Shown one piece after another: positions 9,874-19,132 of a DNA stretch of 29,741 nucleotides. How positions within the stretch are numbered: position 1 is the stretch's first letter; every line of letters begins with the position of its first letter. Below the pieces are notes generated by a model. The model did not search any database and was not told where the DNA came from. It was given only the letters and a program-made list of their open reading frames with translations. Position numbers and translations under genes: made by a program. Source of the DNA: Planctomycetota bacterium (GTDB lineage: Bacteria; Planctomycetota; UBA8108; UBA1146); assembly GCA_036338595.1 (NCBI GenBank), contig JAYZBV010000020.1, forward strand, positions 1 through 29,741. The letters run 5' to 3'.

Positions 9874-12646
9874 CGAACCAGTCCTTGCCGCTACTGACCT
9901 CGACTTCGAGAGGGACCGCAATTTTCATCACTCCCTCCATCACCTCCTTCAACCATCCGGCGCATTCCTCAGCGAGAGGTTCGGGGACCTCGAGTAGCAG
10001 CTCGTCATGAATCTGGAGGAGTATCCTCGCCTCGTTTCCACGTCGGAGTGCTTCCCGATGGACCTCGATCATCGCCTTCTTGATCAGGTCAGCAGCGGAT
10101 CCCTGAACCACGCTGTTGATGGCGAATCGCTCACCCTGGGCTCTCTCGCGCGGCAGCCGAGACTGGATCTCGGGGATGGGGCGTCGTCGACCTGAGAGAG
10201 TACGAATCTCTCCCGTCTCCCTGGCGTGGCGTTTGGTCTCTTCCATCCAGTCTCGAACCCGGGGGAATCCGTTGAAGTATGCCTCGATGAATTGCTTTGC
10301 TTCCGGGACAGTGATTCCCACATCACGAGAGAGGCCACGCGCTCCCATGCCGTACATCAAACCGAAGTTGACGGCCTTGGCTGCAGCCCGCTCATCTCGA
10401 CTGACCTCTTCGACGGCCTTGTTGTGAATCTTTGCAGCGACAGAGGAGTGGATATCGATCCCCGCTTCGATGGAAGAGATGAGGCCCTCGTCACCGGTCA
10501 GGTGTGCGAGCAATCTCAGTTCAACCTGTGAATAATCTGCCGAGACGAAGATGCATCCATCGCGGTTCGGGACGAACGCTCGCCGGATCCTTCGACCCTC
10601 GGCAGATCGAATCGGTACATTCTGTAGATTGGGTCGATTCGAGGCGAGTCTGCCGGTGGCGGTCACCGTCTGACGGAAATCAGTGTGGATCCTGCCCGTT
10701 TTCGGGTGCACATGCTCCGGGAGTGCCACGACATAGGTCGAGATCAACTTGGAGAGGGATCGATATCGAAGGATCAATGCAGGTAGTTCTATCTCCGGAT
10801 GCCGTGAAGCGAGTTCCTCGAGAGTCTCCGCCTTGACACTGACTCCGGTCTTGGTCTTGGATAGCCCCTTGGTCGGCAGTTCGAGTTCCTCGAAGAGAAT
10901 CTTCTGCAATTGCTTGGGGCTGGCGATATTGAAGGTGCCACCAGCCTGCTTGTGAATTTTCCCCTCGATCTGTTCCAGTTCGGTGGTGAGTTCCCGCTGC
11001 TGCTCCTTGAGACGTTTCAGGTCGATCGAGATTCCCTCGCGTTCCATCGACACGAGTACCTCGACGAGGGGCAGTTCAATCTGCTCGAAGACCTCCTTCA
11101 GGTGATACTGGTCGATCTCCTGCGCGAGATCCCGATGCAGTCGTAGGGTCCAATCCGCGTCCTCTGCGGCATAGTGACAGATCTTTTCAGGCTCGATCTG
11201 ATCCATCGATGTCTCCGATGCCTGCTCGCCGATGATCTGCTGGATCGGGATCATGGTGTGGCCGAGACGCTCGGCGACCAGCGCATCGAGCCCGTAGCGA
11301 CCACGCACCGGATTGATCAGATAAGAGGCGATCATCGGGTCTCCCGAGATCCCCGACAGAAGCACGCCCTCGTTTCTCATCACCTGAGAATCGAATTTGA
11401 TGTTCTGTCCTATCTTGCCGATGGTCGGATCCTCAAGCAGAGGGCGAAGTCGCTCCAGAACATCTTCCCGTGCGATCGGTGGTTCCTTGCCCGGGCTTCT
11501 CAATGGGATGTACCACGCTTCGGCGGCCGCTACCGAGATGCTACAGCCAACAACGGTGGCACCGATCTGGTCGAGGGAGTTCGTCTCCGTGTCGAAGGCA
11601 AAACTCCCCTCTGAACGACATCGTTCGATGACCTGATCCAGTTCCTGGATGTCGGTGACGAGGCGATAGTCGACAGGTTCCTGCGCTACATCCGGGAGCG
11701 ATTCTGGAGCCACTTCCTCGACTGCAGCAGCAGCGTCCTCGGAGGGGGTCTCTGCCTCGGCAGCAGAGAAGAGGCTGGCCTGCTCCTCGACCGGTTTGTT
11801 CATCATGTCGAGGATTCTGTTGAACCCGAGCTCCTGGAACAGTTCAGTCAATTGAGTTCGGTCCGGGGCGATCCTGGCCAGATCGCCAGGTGCCTGATCG
11901 AGCGGAGTCACCAGCGAGAGAGTCACCAGATCCCTTGCGAGTTGCAACTGGTCCGGTTGCGCACGAATCTTCTTGAGAGCTGCAGGGGGGATGCCATCCG
12001 GTACCGGATCCTCGAGCAATGTTGCAGGATCTTCGACCAGAGACAGGATCTTTTCTGCGCCCTTGGCACCGATCCCTTTGACTCCTGGAATGTTGTCTGA
12101 GGAGTCGCCGACCAGGGATTGGTACGAGATCACCTGTTGCGGACGGATGCCTTTCTTGGCGTGCAACTCTTCGGGCCCATACACTTCTCCAGTCGAAACA
12201 TCGAGGAATTTGACGCGCTCGGAGAGGACCTGTTCCAGATCCTTGTCCTTGGTCAGCAAGCGCACATCGATCTGCTGGGAAGCGGCTTCGGTTGCCATCG
12301 TAGCGATGCAATCATCCGCTTCATGATGAGGAGACTGGAGGATCGGTATCCTGAATGCCTCCAGCATCCGATCGATGATGGGCAGTTGTATGCTCAGTGC
12401 TTCAGGCATCGCTTCCCGATTGGCCTTGTACTGATCGTAGAGATCGTGGCGAAAGGTGGGGCCATCGCATTCCATTGCGATCGCCCACAGGTCGACAGGG
12501 TGGTCCCTGCACAAACGAAGCAGCAGATCTGCGATGGCATAGACAGCACCGACCGGCCTCCCGCGACTGTCAGTGAGGTGGGCCATTCCAAAGTAACCGC
12601 GGTAGATCTGGTAGCGGCCGTCGATGAGAAAAAGAGTCCGGGACAA
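9860..12646 (-). CDS. polA: DNA polymerase I with 5' nuclease, 3'-5' exonuclease and polymerase domains
   Basis: LFLIDG, EADD, DKD, GDSSDNIPGV; Exo motifs FDTET, GQNIKFD, YAAEDA; Pol motifs ATGRLAS, DYSQVELR, AKAVNFGLMYG, QIHDE. Probable TTG start 12646 after AGGA; the track start 12865 would overlap the divergent promoter. Confidence 0.97.
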   Translation of the reverse strand: MSRTLFLIDGRYQIYRGYFGMAHLTDSRGRPVGAVYAIADLLLRLCRDHPVDLWAIAMECDGPTFRHDLYDQYKANREAMPEALSIQLPIIDRMLEAFRIPILQSPHHEADDCIATMATEAASQQIDVRLLTKDKDLEQVLSERVKFLDVSTGEVYGPEELHAKKGIRPQQVISYQSLVGDSSDNIPGVKGIGAKGAEKILSLVEDPATLLEDPVPDGIPPAALKKIRAQPDQLQLARDLVTLSLVTPLDQAPGDLARIAPDRTQLTELFQELGFNRILDMMNKPVEEQASLFSAAEAETPSEDAAAAVEEVAPESLPDVAQEPVDYRLVTDIQELDQVIERCRSEGSFAFDTETNSLDQIGATVVGCSISVAAAEAWYIPLRSPGKEPPIAREDVLERLRPLLEDPTIGKIGQNIKFDSQVMRNEGVLLSGISGDPMIASYLINPVRGRYGLDALVAERLGHTMIPIQQIIGEQASETSMDQIEPEKICHYAAEDADWTLRLHRDLAQEIDQYHLKEVFEQIELPLVEVLVSMEREGISIDLKRLKEQQRELTTELEQIEGKIHKQAGGTFNIASPKQLQKILFEELELPTKGLSKTKTGVSVKAETLEELASRHPEIELPALILRYRSLSKLISTYVVALPEHVHPKTGRIHTDFRQTVTATGRLASNRPNLQNVPIRSAEGRRIRRAFVPNRDGCIFVSADYSQVELRLLAHLTGDEGLISSIEAGIDIHSSVAAKIHNKAVEEVSRDERAAAKAVNFGLMYGMGARGLSRDVGITVPEAKQFIEAYFNGFPRVRDWMEETKRHARETGEIRTLSGRRRPIPEIQSRLPRERAQGERFAINSVVQGSAADLIKKAMIEVHREALRRGNEARILLQIHDELLLEVPEPLAEECAGWLKEVMEGVMKIAVPLEVEVSSGKDWFDASK

Positions 12647-12833
12647 GGTTTCGCTTTCCTGGTGCTGCCGGCTCGTTTCGCCGCCAGCACTCCTGTCTTC
12701 TGGCAACAGTGCCTTTCTTCTGGCAACTGCGCCATCGGGCATGGGAGGGGCAAGGTAGGCCCGGATCACACCGGGTCTGTAACAGAACCTATCCCAGAGG
12801 CTCCCGGGCGGCAACGAGGCCTCTCTGGGCTGC

Positions 12834-12862
12834 TTGACCCGCTGGCGGCTCCGGCGTAGGAT
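12834..12862 (+). promoter_or_regulatory. Sigma70-type promoter, divergent from polA
   Basis: TTGACC-17 nt-TAGGAT. Confidence 0.6.
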
Positions 12863-13109
12863 CATCGCTTCCAGTCCCTGAGACGGGCGGGTCAGGGGAT
12901 GCTCCCGGCAGTGCCGGGGCCTCTCGCGGGCGTCACTCGTCGATCGACTTCTCTGGTGGTCCTGTGGCTGTCGTGGAGTGGATGGGGATCAGGAAGGAAA
13001 TGAACCATAACCAAGTCGCTGCCGGGGCCTGGCATCACCATGTCGGGGTCTGGATCGACGATAGTGGCCGGGTCCGCATTCTGTGCGGCACCTGCAGGGA
13101 GGATACCCG

Positions 13110-14321
13110 ATGGCCCGCAACCAGGGGGGAGCTCAGCTCTCTTTTCTCATCGTTTCACTGGTAGGCATCCTGGTGCTCAGTTTCGTAGTGTTCCAGCAGA
13201 ACAGCGATCACAACCAGACCACCACTCGACTCGGCAATGCCGAGGATGCGGTGAAGGCGAAGGAAGCAACGCTTCGTGAGCAGACCACGGAAAGAAATGA
13301 ACTTCGTGTGCTGATTCATGGTACCGACGAGACGGCAGTGCCCACGGCTGAAATAGAAGCGTTGATCGAGAAGGCAGGTAGCGATATTGCAACTGCCAGA
13401 GGATCCAACAATCCACTCGAGTACGGTTCGCTGACCGAGATCTACTCGGACTCGATCGACACGATCCGATTCCTCAATAACGAGTTACAGAGCCAGCGCG
13501 CCGCAGCTGAGGCGAAGGATAACGAGTACCAGGAGGTGGTCGTTTCGAAGAGCAACCTCGGCTCCCAGCTCAATGAGGAGATCGACTCGCTGCGTTCCCA
13601 GTCCAACGACCTGCAGGTTCAACTCGAACAGAGCAGAACCCGTGCTCGCGAAGATAACAGCACCCTGCGCGAAGAGGTGGAACGCCTCGAGCAGGATCAC
13701 AGTGCCGTGGTCTACAAGTTGCAGCGGGATCTGAGCATCTCACAGAATCTGCTCCAGCGGTCGAATGATCGCATCGAGGAGCTCAAGCGTGAGATCGTGC
13801 GCGAACAGACCTTCGCCATGGTCGAACCCGACGGTGAAGTGCTGAGAGTTTCCGAGGAACTGGGCAAGGCCTGGATCAATGTCGGAATCAAGGACCGGAT
13901 GCGACGTGGCCTCGTGTTCGATGTGTTTGCATACCAGAAGGGTGGCAAGCGGATCAGCAAGGGCAAGATCGAGGTGTTGAGCGTTCAGGAAGATTTTTCA
14001 GAGGTCGCCATCCTGGGCAACCTGGATCGTTTCAACCCGATCTCCTCGGGTGACATGATCACCAGTCCCTTCTATGACAGCGAGGACGTCCCCAGCTTTG
14101 TTTTCGCCGGCGATTCAGCGACCAATGGTCGTTATTCCGTCGAGGACATGAGCCGAAAGATCCAGCTGTTTGGAGGTACCATCTCCGACGCGGTCGCTCT
14201 GGATACAGACTTCGTGGTCGCCCTGAAGGGGTACGAAGACAGTGCAGTGTACGATCTTGCGCGTGACCTCGGTGTCACGATCCTGAGAGAAAAGGAACTG
14301 CTCGATTTCATAGAATTCTAG
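13110..14321 (+). CDS. Membrane-anchored coiled-coil protein with a beta domain and C-terminal BRCT domain
   Basis: GGAGG before ATG 13110; hydrophobic helix LSFLIVSLVGILVLSFVVF; long heptad-like region. C-terminus FVFAG...IQLFGGTISDAVALDTDFVV...ARDLGVTILREKELLDFI follows the BRCT pattern of NAD-dependent ligases. Confidence 0.85.
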   Translation: MARNQGGAQLSFLIVSLVGILVLSFVVFQQNSDHNQTTTRLGNAEDAVKAKEATLREQTTERNELRVLIHGTDETAVPTAEIEALIEKAGSDIATARGSNNPLEYGSLTEIYSDSIDTIRFLNNELQSQRAAAEAKDNEYQEVVVSKSNLGSQLNEEIDSLRSQSNDLQVQLEQSRTRAREDNSTLREEVERLEQDHSAVVYKLQRDLSISQNLLQRSNDRIEELKREIVREQTFAMVEPDGEVLRVSEELGKAWINVGIKDRMRRGLVFDVFAYQKGGKRISKGKIEVLSVQEDFSEVAILGNLDRFNPISSGDMITSPFYDSEDVPSFVFAGDSATNGRYSVEDMSRKIQLFGGTISDAVALDTDFVVALKGYEDSAVYDLARDLGVTILREKELLDFIEF

Positions 14322-14343
14322 GAAGTCGTTGCTGGATCTGAAT

Positions 14344-14375
14344 CGACGGCGGCGCGGGAATCCTCGCCGCCGTCG
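14344..14375 (+). terminator. GC-rich hairpin (terminator-like or processing/stability element)
   Basis: CGACGGCGGCG...CGCCGCCGTCG, an 11-bp perfect stem 22 nt after the stop; only TT follows. Confidence 0.5.
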
Positions 14376-14446
14376 TTGCATCCGGAGTGGTCAGTATTCG
14401 GGATGGCCACTGGCAAGGAACCCGAACTTCGCTGGAGGAAGTACGG

Positions 14447-15760
14447 ATGGTCGAGAATCCAACAGATGATCCAGAGGATCACCTGAAAACGATGTCCTTC
14501 GGGGATCACCTCGAGGAACTTCGTTCTCGGGTTTTCAGGTCGTTGATGATCATCATCGGGTTCGGGATCGTCGCCTTTTTCTTCCAGAATCAACTGATGC
14601 AACTGGTGACGGGACCTCACCGCATGGCGATGACCCAGATCGCCGCACGCCAGGAAATCTCCGATCTGCAGCAACAGATCACTGAAGCGAGCGAGCAACT
14701 CGCAGCTGTCAGTGACACGGATGCAAGAACGGTGCTCCGGGTCACTGCAGCGGACGAGGACTGGTGGCAACGATGGGACCGGTTCCGTCAGAGCCAGGGC
14801 AACTCGCCGATCCTTGGGCGCATGGCCGGCTTGATCGAGGAACGCCTCGTAGCACTCGATCCAACCCGCTCGTCGTCCAGGATACTGGGTGCCACCCCCG
14901 ATCGTTTTCTCGCATCCATCGAGCAGTTACGTCTCGGTGCTGCAGACCTTCCATGGGGAGGAAATTCCCGGATCGAGCAGTGCATCGAAGGACTGGAATT
15001 GCTCGCCGACCGCTGGAGTAGCTGGAGCCAGGCTCCGCAGGAAGCAGCTACGGAAGATGAGGTCGAGCAGGAACAGGATCCTCAACCTGAAGTACCTGAT
15101 CCTGAGGTGATCAAGATCCTCGAGGCGGTGGCCAGGCAGTCAGTGGTCATCGAGCAAGGAACTGCGCACCTGCTCGAATGGCGAAGTCGGGCAAAACCGC
15201 TCGCATTGCTCTCCTATTCGGAAGCATTCTTCTCCTACCTGAAATTGAGTTTGATGCTGGGATTGGTGGCAGCGCTTCCGTGGGTCACCTTCGAGATGTG
15301 GAAGTTCATCGCAGCAGGTCTCTTCGACAAGGAGAGAAAGGCTGTGCGGCCATTTCTGCCGGTGGCGTTCTTGCTGATGGCGTCGGGAGTCACCTTCGCC
15401 TATACGGTGTTGATTCCCGTCGGGCTCTCCTTCCTCGGTGGATACGGTGATCCTGAGTTGCTTCAGGCGACATTCACTCTCAAGGAGTATCTGAATCTGG
15501 TGTTCACACTCATCCTGGGCATGGGGATCGTCTTCCAGTTGCCGCTCGTGATGATCTTCCTGACTCGCAGCGGCTTGATGGAGATCAGTACCTTTCGAGA
15601 ATACCGCAAGTACGCCATCCTCGGAGCTGTACTTGTGGGTGCCATGTTGACCCCTCCCGATGTGGTGACTCAGTTGCTGATGGCGGGTCCATTGGTGATC
15701 CTCTACGAACTCGGCATCATCGCCTGTGAGATGAGTGCGCCCAAGCCCCGCGAGGAGTGA
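14447..15760 (+). CDS. tatC: Twin-arginine translocase subunit TatC with a large loop insertion
   Basis: MSFGDHLEELRSR, EAFFSYLK, WKFIAAGLFDKER, GIVFQLP, YRKYA, LTPPDVVTQLLMAGPLVILYELG. GGAGG before ATG 14447. Confidence 0.95.
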   Translation: MVENPTDDPEDHLKTMSFGDHLEELRSRVFRSLMIIIGFGIVAFFFQNQLMQLVTGPHRMAMTQIAARQEISDLQQQITEASEQLAAVSDTDARTVLRVTAADEDWWQRWDRFRQSQGNSPILGRMAGLIEERLVALDPTRSSSRILGATPDRFLASIEQLRLGAADLPWGGNSRIEQCIEGLELLADRWSSWSQAPQEAATEDEVEQEQDPQPEVPDPEVIKILEAVARQSVVIEQGTAHLLEWRSRAKPLALLSYSEAFFSYLKLSLMLGLVAALPWVTFEMWKFIAAGLFDKERKAVRPFLPVAFLLMASGVTFAYTVLIPVGLSFLGGYGDPELLQATFTLKEYLNLVFTLILGMGIVFQLPLVMIFLTRSGLMEISTFREYRKYAILGAVLVGAMLTPPDVVTQLLMAGPLVILYELGIIACEMSAPKPREE

Positions 15761-15787
15761 GTCCGACCGGGGACAGGAGGAACTGCT

Positions 15788-17068
15788 GTGATCGCTGATG
15801 AATCTCCCGGGATGAGCAACGAGTCGCCGCTCCAGTTCAGGGTCGGTGTGATCGCGGTGGGCGAGGAGATCCTTGTCGGACGAACCCAGGAGAGCCATGG
15901 CAGATCCATCTCCAGGTTGTTGACTCCACTAGGGTTCGAGGTCTGCTGGCACATGACGGTCGCTGACGCTCCGGGGGCGCTGTCTGCCGTGTTGCAATCT
16001 CCTCCCGTGCCGGTCTCCACAATCATCATCAGCGGTGGGCTCGGGCCGACCGAGGACGATCGATCTCGGCAGGAAATCGCCGATGCTGCGGGCGTACCGC
16101 TCGAGCATGACGAGCAAAGCTGGCAGCAGATCCAGCACTATCTCGACCAGCGAGGAATCACCGCTTCACCGAGTAATCGGCGTCAGGCATCTCGCCCTCG
16201 CGGCGGCGAGATGCTGGTCAACGACCGAGGAACCGCACCGGGTCTGAAACTGGAACTCACCAGCGGCGAGACGCTCTTTGCCTTGCCCGGCGTTCCCGCC
16301 GAGTTCGATGCGATGTTTGCTCAGCATCTGCTTCCCTGGGCGAACTCGCTTCCCGGGCTGAAGAAACAGGGGCAAATACTCGAGTTCATCGGAATCCCCG
16401 AATCGAAGCTCGACGAATGGATCGTGGCCCAGGTCGGGGCACCTGATCGACACCATATCTGTGTCAGGGGAATCTCCCAGATCGAGGTGAGGTTGCCTGT
16501 GGGATTGTCGCTGGAAGATGCGGCAACTCAGCGATTTGGTGCTCGGTTTCTGGGTGTTGGAGGCATCGGAGTCGAGAGTCATCTGGTGACGGATGCGACG
16601 CAGTCGGGGCAGACGATCACGATGGCAGAATCGTGTACCGGTGGCATGATCGCAGCTCGTATCACGGAGGTCCCGGGTTCGAGTGCCGTATTTCCTGGAG
16701 CCTGGGTATGTTACTCGAATCGGTCGAAGCAGCGTGACCTGGGCGTCGACCCGGCCTTGATGGAACAGCACGGTGCCGTTAGCCAGGAGGTGGTGGAGGC
16801 GCTGGCCGAGGGCGCCCTGGCCAGGAGCGGTGCAGACCTGGCCCTGTCGGTCAGTGGGCTGGCTGGACCAGGGGGAGGGACGCAAGACAAACCGGTGGGC
16901 ACGGTCTGGATGGGGCTGTCCACATCTGAAGGAACCCGCTCTCACTGCTACCGCTGGACCGGTGATCGACAGCGCATCCGAGAATTGACCACCAACCTGG
17001 CTCTTCATGTGCTGCTCACCGCTGTACGTGGGCAGGAGATTTTCGGATGGAACGAATCCCGGTCCTGA
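15788..17068 (+). CDS. cinA: CinA family protein (MocF-like domain fused to PncC NMN deamidase)
   Basis: VGEEILVG, SGGLGPTEDD, GTAPG, LPGVPAE; PncC motifs AESCTGG, YSNRSK, HGAVS, GLAGPGGG, KPVGTVW. AGGAGG RBS. Confidence 0.92.
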   Translation: MIADESPGMSNESPLQFRVGVIAVGEEILVGRTQESHGRSISRLLTPLGFEVCWHMTVADAPGALSAVLQSPPVPVSTIIISGGLGPTEDDRSRQEIADAAGVPLEHDEQSWQQIQHYLDQRGITASPSNRRQASRPRGGEMLVNDRGTAPGLKLELTSGETLFALPGVPAEFDAMFAQHLLPWANSLPGLKKQGQILEFIGIPESKLDEWIVAQVGAPDRHHICVRGISQIEVRLPVGLSLEDAATQRFGARFLGVGGIGVESHLVTDATQSGQTITMAESCTGGMIAARITEVPGSSAVFPGAWVCYSNRSKQRDLGVDPALMEQHGAVSQEVVEALAEGALARSGADLALSVSGLAGPGGGTQDKPVGTVWMGLSTSEGTRSHCYRWTGDRQRIRELTTNLALHVLLTAVRGQEIFGWNESRS

Positions 17069-17802
17069 CATCGGACGGCTCTCCGACCCTCTTTCATGAA
17101 GGTGCAGGCGAGCATTACCATTCCCTCAGCGGAGCACATCTGGAAGCGAGGCAGCGATTCGTCTGGCCCTGTCGGATCGTCGAGACCGCACTGCTGCGCG
17201 GCCGTGTCAGGATTCTGGATATCGGATTTGGCCTGGGAACCAATCTCGCCTGGGCAGTACACGATGTGCAAAGATGTGCCCCTGGTGCCACCATCGAGAT
17301 CGTTTCGCTGGAACAAGATCTGTTGTCACTGTCTCGCCTTGCTCCGCATCTCGATGCGCTGCCTGAAGCACGCCTATCGGTGATGCTCAGGGGCCTGGTG
17401 ACCCATCTCAGGTGGCAGCAGCCAGGAGTGGATCTGACTCTTGTCGTCGGTGATGCGACCCGAGAGATCCTGAAGATCGAAACTGGTTTCGATGCGGCAT
17501 TTCTCGATCCGTTCTCGCCAAAACGCAATCCTGAGCCGTGGAAAGCACCATTCCTGGCCTCCGTCCGGAGCCTCATGGCAGATGGTGGTATACTCTCCAC
17601 GTACAGTTCCGCGCGCGCAGTCCGGATCGCACTGTTGCGCTCGGGGTGGCAAATCGGCCTCGGTCCGGCGGTCGGAACGAAGTCATCGGGGACCCTGGCC
17701 AGTGCCGGATCGGTGATTCCTGCTTTGCCACAACTCGATGAGAAGTTACGGCGGAAACTCGAGAATCGGGTCGCCCGTGTTGAGGAAGAAGAGATCAAAT
17801 GA
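17047..17802 (+). CDS. mnmD: tRNA mnm5s2U34 methyltransferase (stand-alone MnmC methyltransferase domain)
   Basis: TSDGSPTL...EHYHS, ILDIGFGLGTN, GDA, FLDPFSPKRNPEPW, LSTYS. Confidence 0.85.
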   Translation: MERIPVLTSDGSPTLFHEGAGEHYHSLSGAHLEARQRFVWPCRIVETALLRGRVRILDIGFGLGTNLAWAVHDVQRCAPGATIEIVSLEQDLLSLSRLAPHLDALPEARLSVMLRGLVTHLRWQQPGVDLTLVVGDATREILKIETGFDAAFLDPFSPKRNPEPWKAPFLASVRSLMADGGILSTYSSARAVRIALLRSGWQIGLGPAVGTKSSGTLASAGSVIPALPQLDEKLRRKLENRVARVEEEEIK

Positions 17803-18554
17803 ACTGGTTCCCATCCCCTGGTCGTCTGCTTGGCCTCTGGCTGCTCTTTGTCTGTTCTCCGCTGGTGGCGGATACTGTCGTACTCACCGATGGCAACCGC
17901 ATCGATGGAAAGGTGCTGGTGGACGGCGAGAAGAGTGTTGTCGTGCAAATTGGCGATCCGGGAACGATGCAGATTCGCACCGATTCCCCCGAACAGGCAC
18001 CTGCAGTACGCGACAAGAAGGACGATACCGACAAGCAGAAGAAGACACGCCCTGACCTGCCGCTGCCCCAGTCCCCTCCGAAGGTGGACCTTCCTGCCGA
18101 GATTCCTGAACTGAGTCCGAAGCGACTCGCCCAGGTGAAACTCTGGGTGTATGAGCTGCAGCGCCAGAGATCGAGGAATCGAACGCGTGCGGAGAGGTCT
18201 CTCGGCCAGGTTGGGCCTGGAGTGATTCCGCATCTACTGCCGGTGGCCAGATCTCCCTTTGATCTGGCGAGGATCTCGGCACTGAGGCTCCTGATCAAGA
18301 CACCTCACTTCAAGGCTGCCAAGGTCGGTCTCGAGGGACTTCGGGCAGACAATCAATGGGTTCGTAAACTGTCATGGCAACTACTGGAAAAAATCAGCGG
18401 CGTCAAAGGTCCTTTCTCCTGGCAGGATCAGGGATCTGCGCGCAAGAGATCGGTGCAACTTCGCCGATGGCAGCAATGGTTCCAGCAACAAGAACGCCTG
18501 CAACAGCAGCACCAGCGCTGGTTGGAGCAACAAGCGGTTCAACGCCGGGGATAA
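17799..18554 (+). CDS. Exported hypothetical protein with HEAT-like helical repeats
   Basis: Signal peptide ending LVA|DTVVLTDGNRIDGKVL, Pro/Lys linker, helical repeats (RAERSLGQVGPGVIPHL; GLRADNQWVRKLSWQLLEKISG), W/Q-rich tail. ATGA overlap with mnmD. Confidence 0.75.
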   Translation: MNWFPSPGRLLGLWLLFVCSPLVADTVVLTDGNRIDGKVLVDGEKSVVVQIGDPGTMQIRTDSPEQAPAVRDKKDDTDKQKKTRPDLPLPQSPPKVDLPAEIPELSPKRLAQVKLWVYELQRQRSRNRTRAERSLGQVGPGVIPHLLPVARSPFDLARISALRLLIKTPHFKAAKVGLEGLRADNQWVRKLSWQLLEKISGVKGPFSWQDQGSARKRSVQLRRWQQWFQQQERLQQQHQRWLEQQAVQRRG

Positions 18555-18669
18555 CAAAACAGTCAGGCCGATAACTGCGCTGTTTTTTTCCGTTTCTTGT
18601 GAAGCCCATCACAGATGGCGGTCAGTTTCTGTTCACCATCAATTTCACGCCGACATCGATGCGCCTCCC

Positions 18670-18698
18670 TTGCGAGGTCTTGGTCGCTTTGCTACGGT
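18670..18698 (+). promoter_or_regulatory. Possible sigma70-type promoter upstream of dnaA
   Basis: TTGCGA-17 nt-TACGGT with an extended -10 TG. Confidence 0.4.
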
Positions 18699-19132
18699 CG
18701 GTCGCTGCCGTGGAGGGGTGATCTGACGAAACTCATGCTGTTTTTCCGACGCCATCACCATCGCCTGTGCAGAAGTGTTTTCCAAGTTTGACTCCGCCCC
18801 TTTTTTCAGGGGAATGACTTCGATGCAAGACTGACCCGTAGGGTCGGTGGGAGTGGGATCGCCCAGGTGCGGTTCTTATCCGGGTCCGCATCACAAGTTA
18901 CTGGACGCATCCATGTGTCCGGAAATTCTGGAGTTCATCCGGGAACACGATGGACAATTCATCGATCGGTTGGGCGAGGCCTCCGGGTTCGCTCATCGTC
19001 CATCGCCGCGGTGGCAGATCGAGAATTGGATGCAAGTTAAATACTGATTTCGACATGGGAATAAAGATGAGTGGCGCACGAGATCGCCGCTTCCGGTTGG
19101 GGGAAATGTTGAGCGCTCAGGAATCCACTTCC

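Noticed and set aside
7660..12646. polA-coaE-rho linkage as a novel system
   Set aside because: A familiar housekeeping arrangement.
12647..12865. 73-aa N-terminal extension of PolA
   Set aside because: It overlaps the divergent promoter; homology starts at TLFLIDG after a TTG with AGGA upstream.
12875..13005. SRP RNA or TPP riboswitch (TCAGG, GGAAGGAA, CTGAGA)
   Set aside because: The elements are not in the required order or spacing; there is no AGCAG partner and no TPP P4/P5 motifs.
16166..18298. Long minus-strand ORFs (301, 372 and 167 aa)
   Set aside because: Antisense shadows of cinA, mnmD and the HEAT-like gene, with no recognisable motifs.
18723..18735. Hammerhead ribozyme core (CTGACGA/GAAAC)
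   Set aside because: The two elements overlap, leaving no room for stem II.
18555..19132. Canonical oriC next to dnaA
   Set aside because: No perfect DnaA boxes, no clear DUE or DnaA-trio run, and no dnaN; only variant half-sites, reported as a finding.
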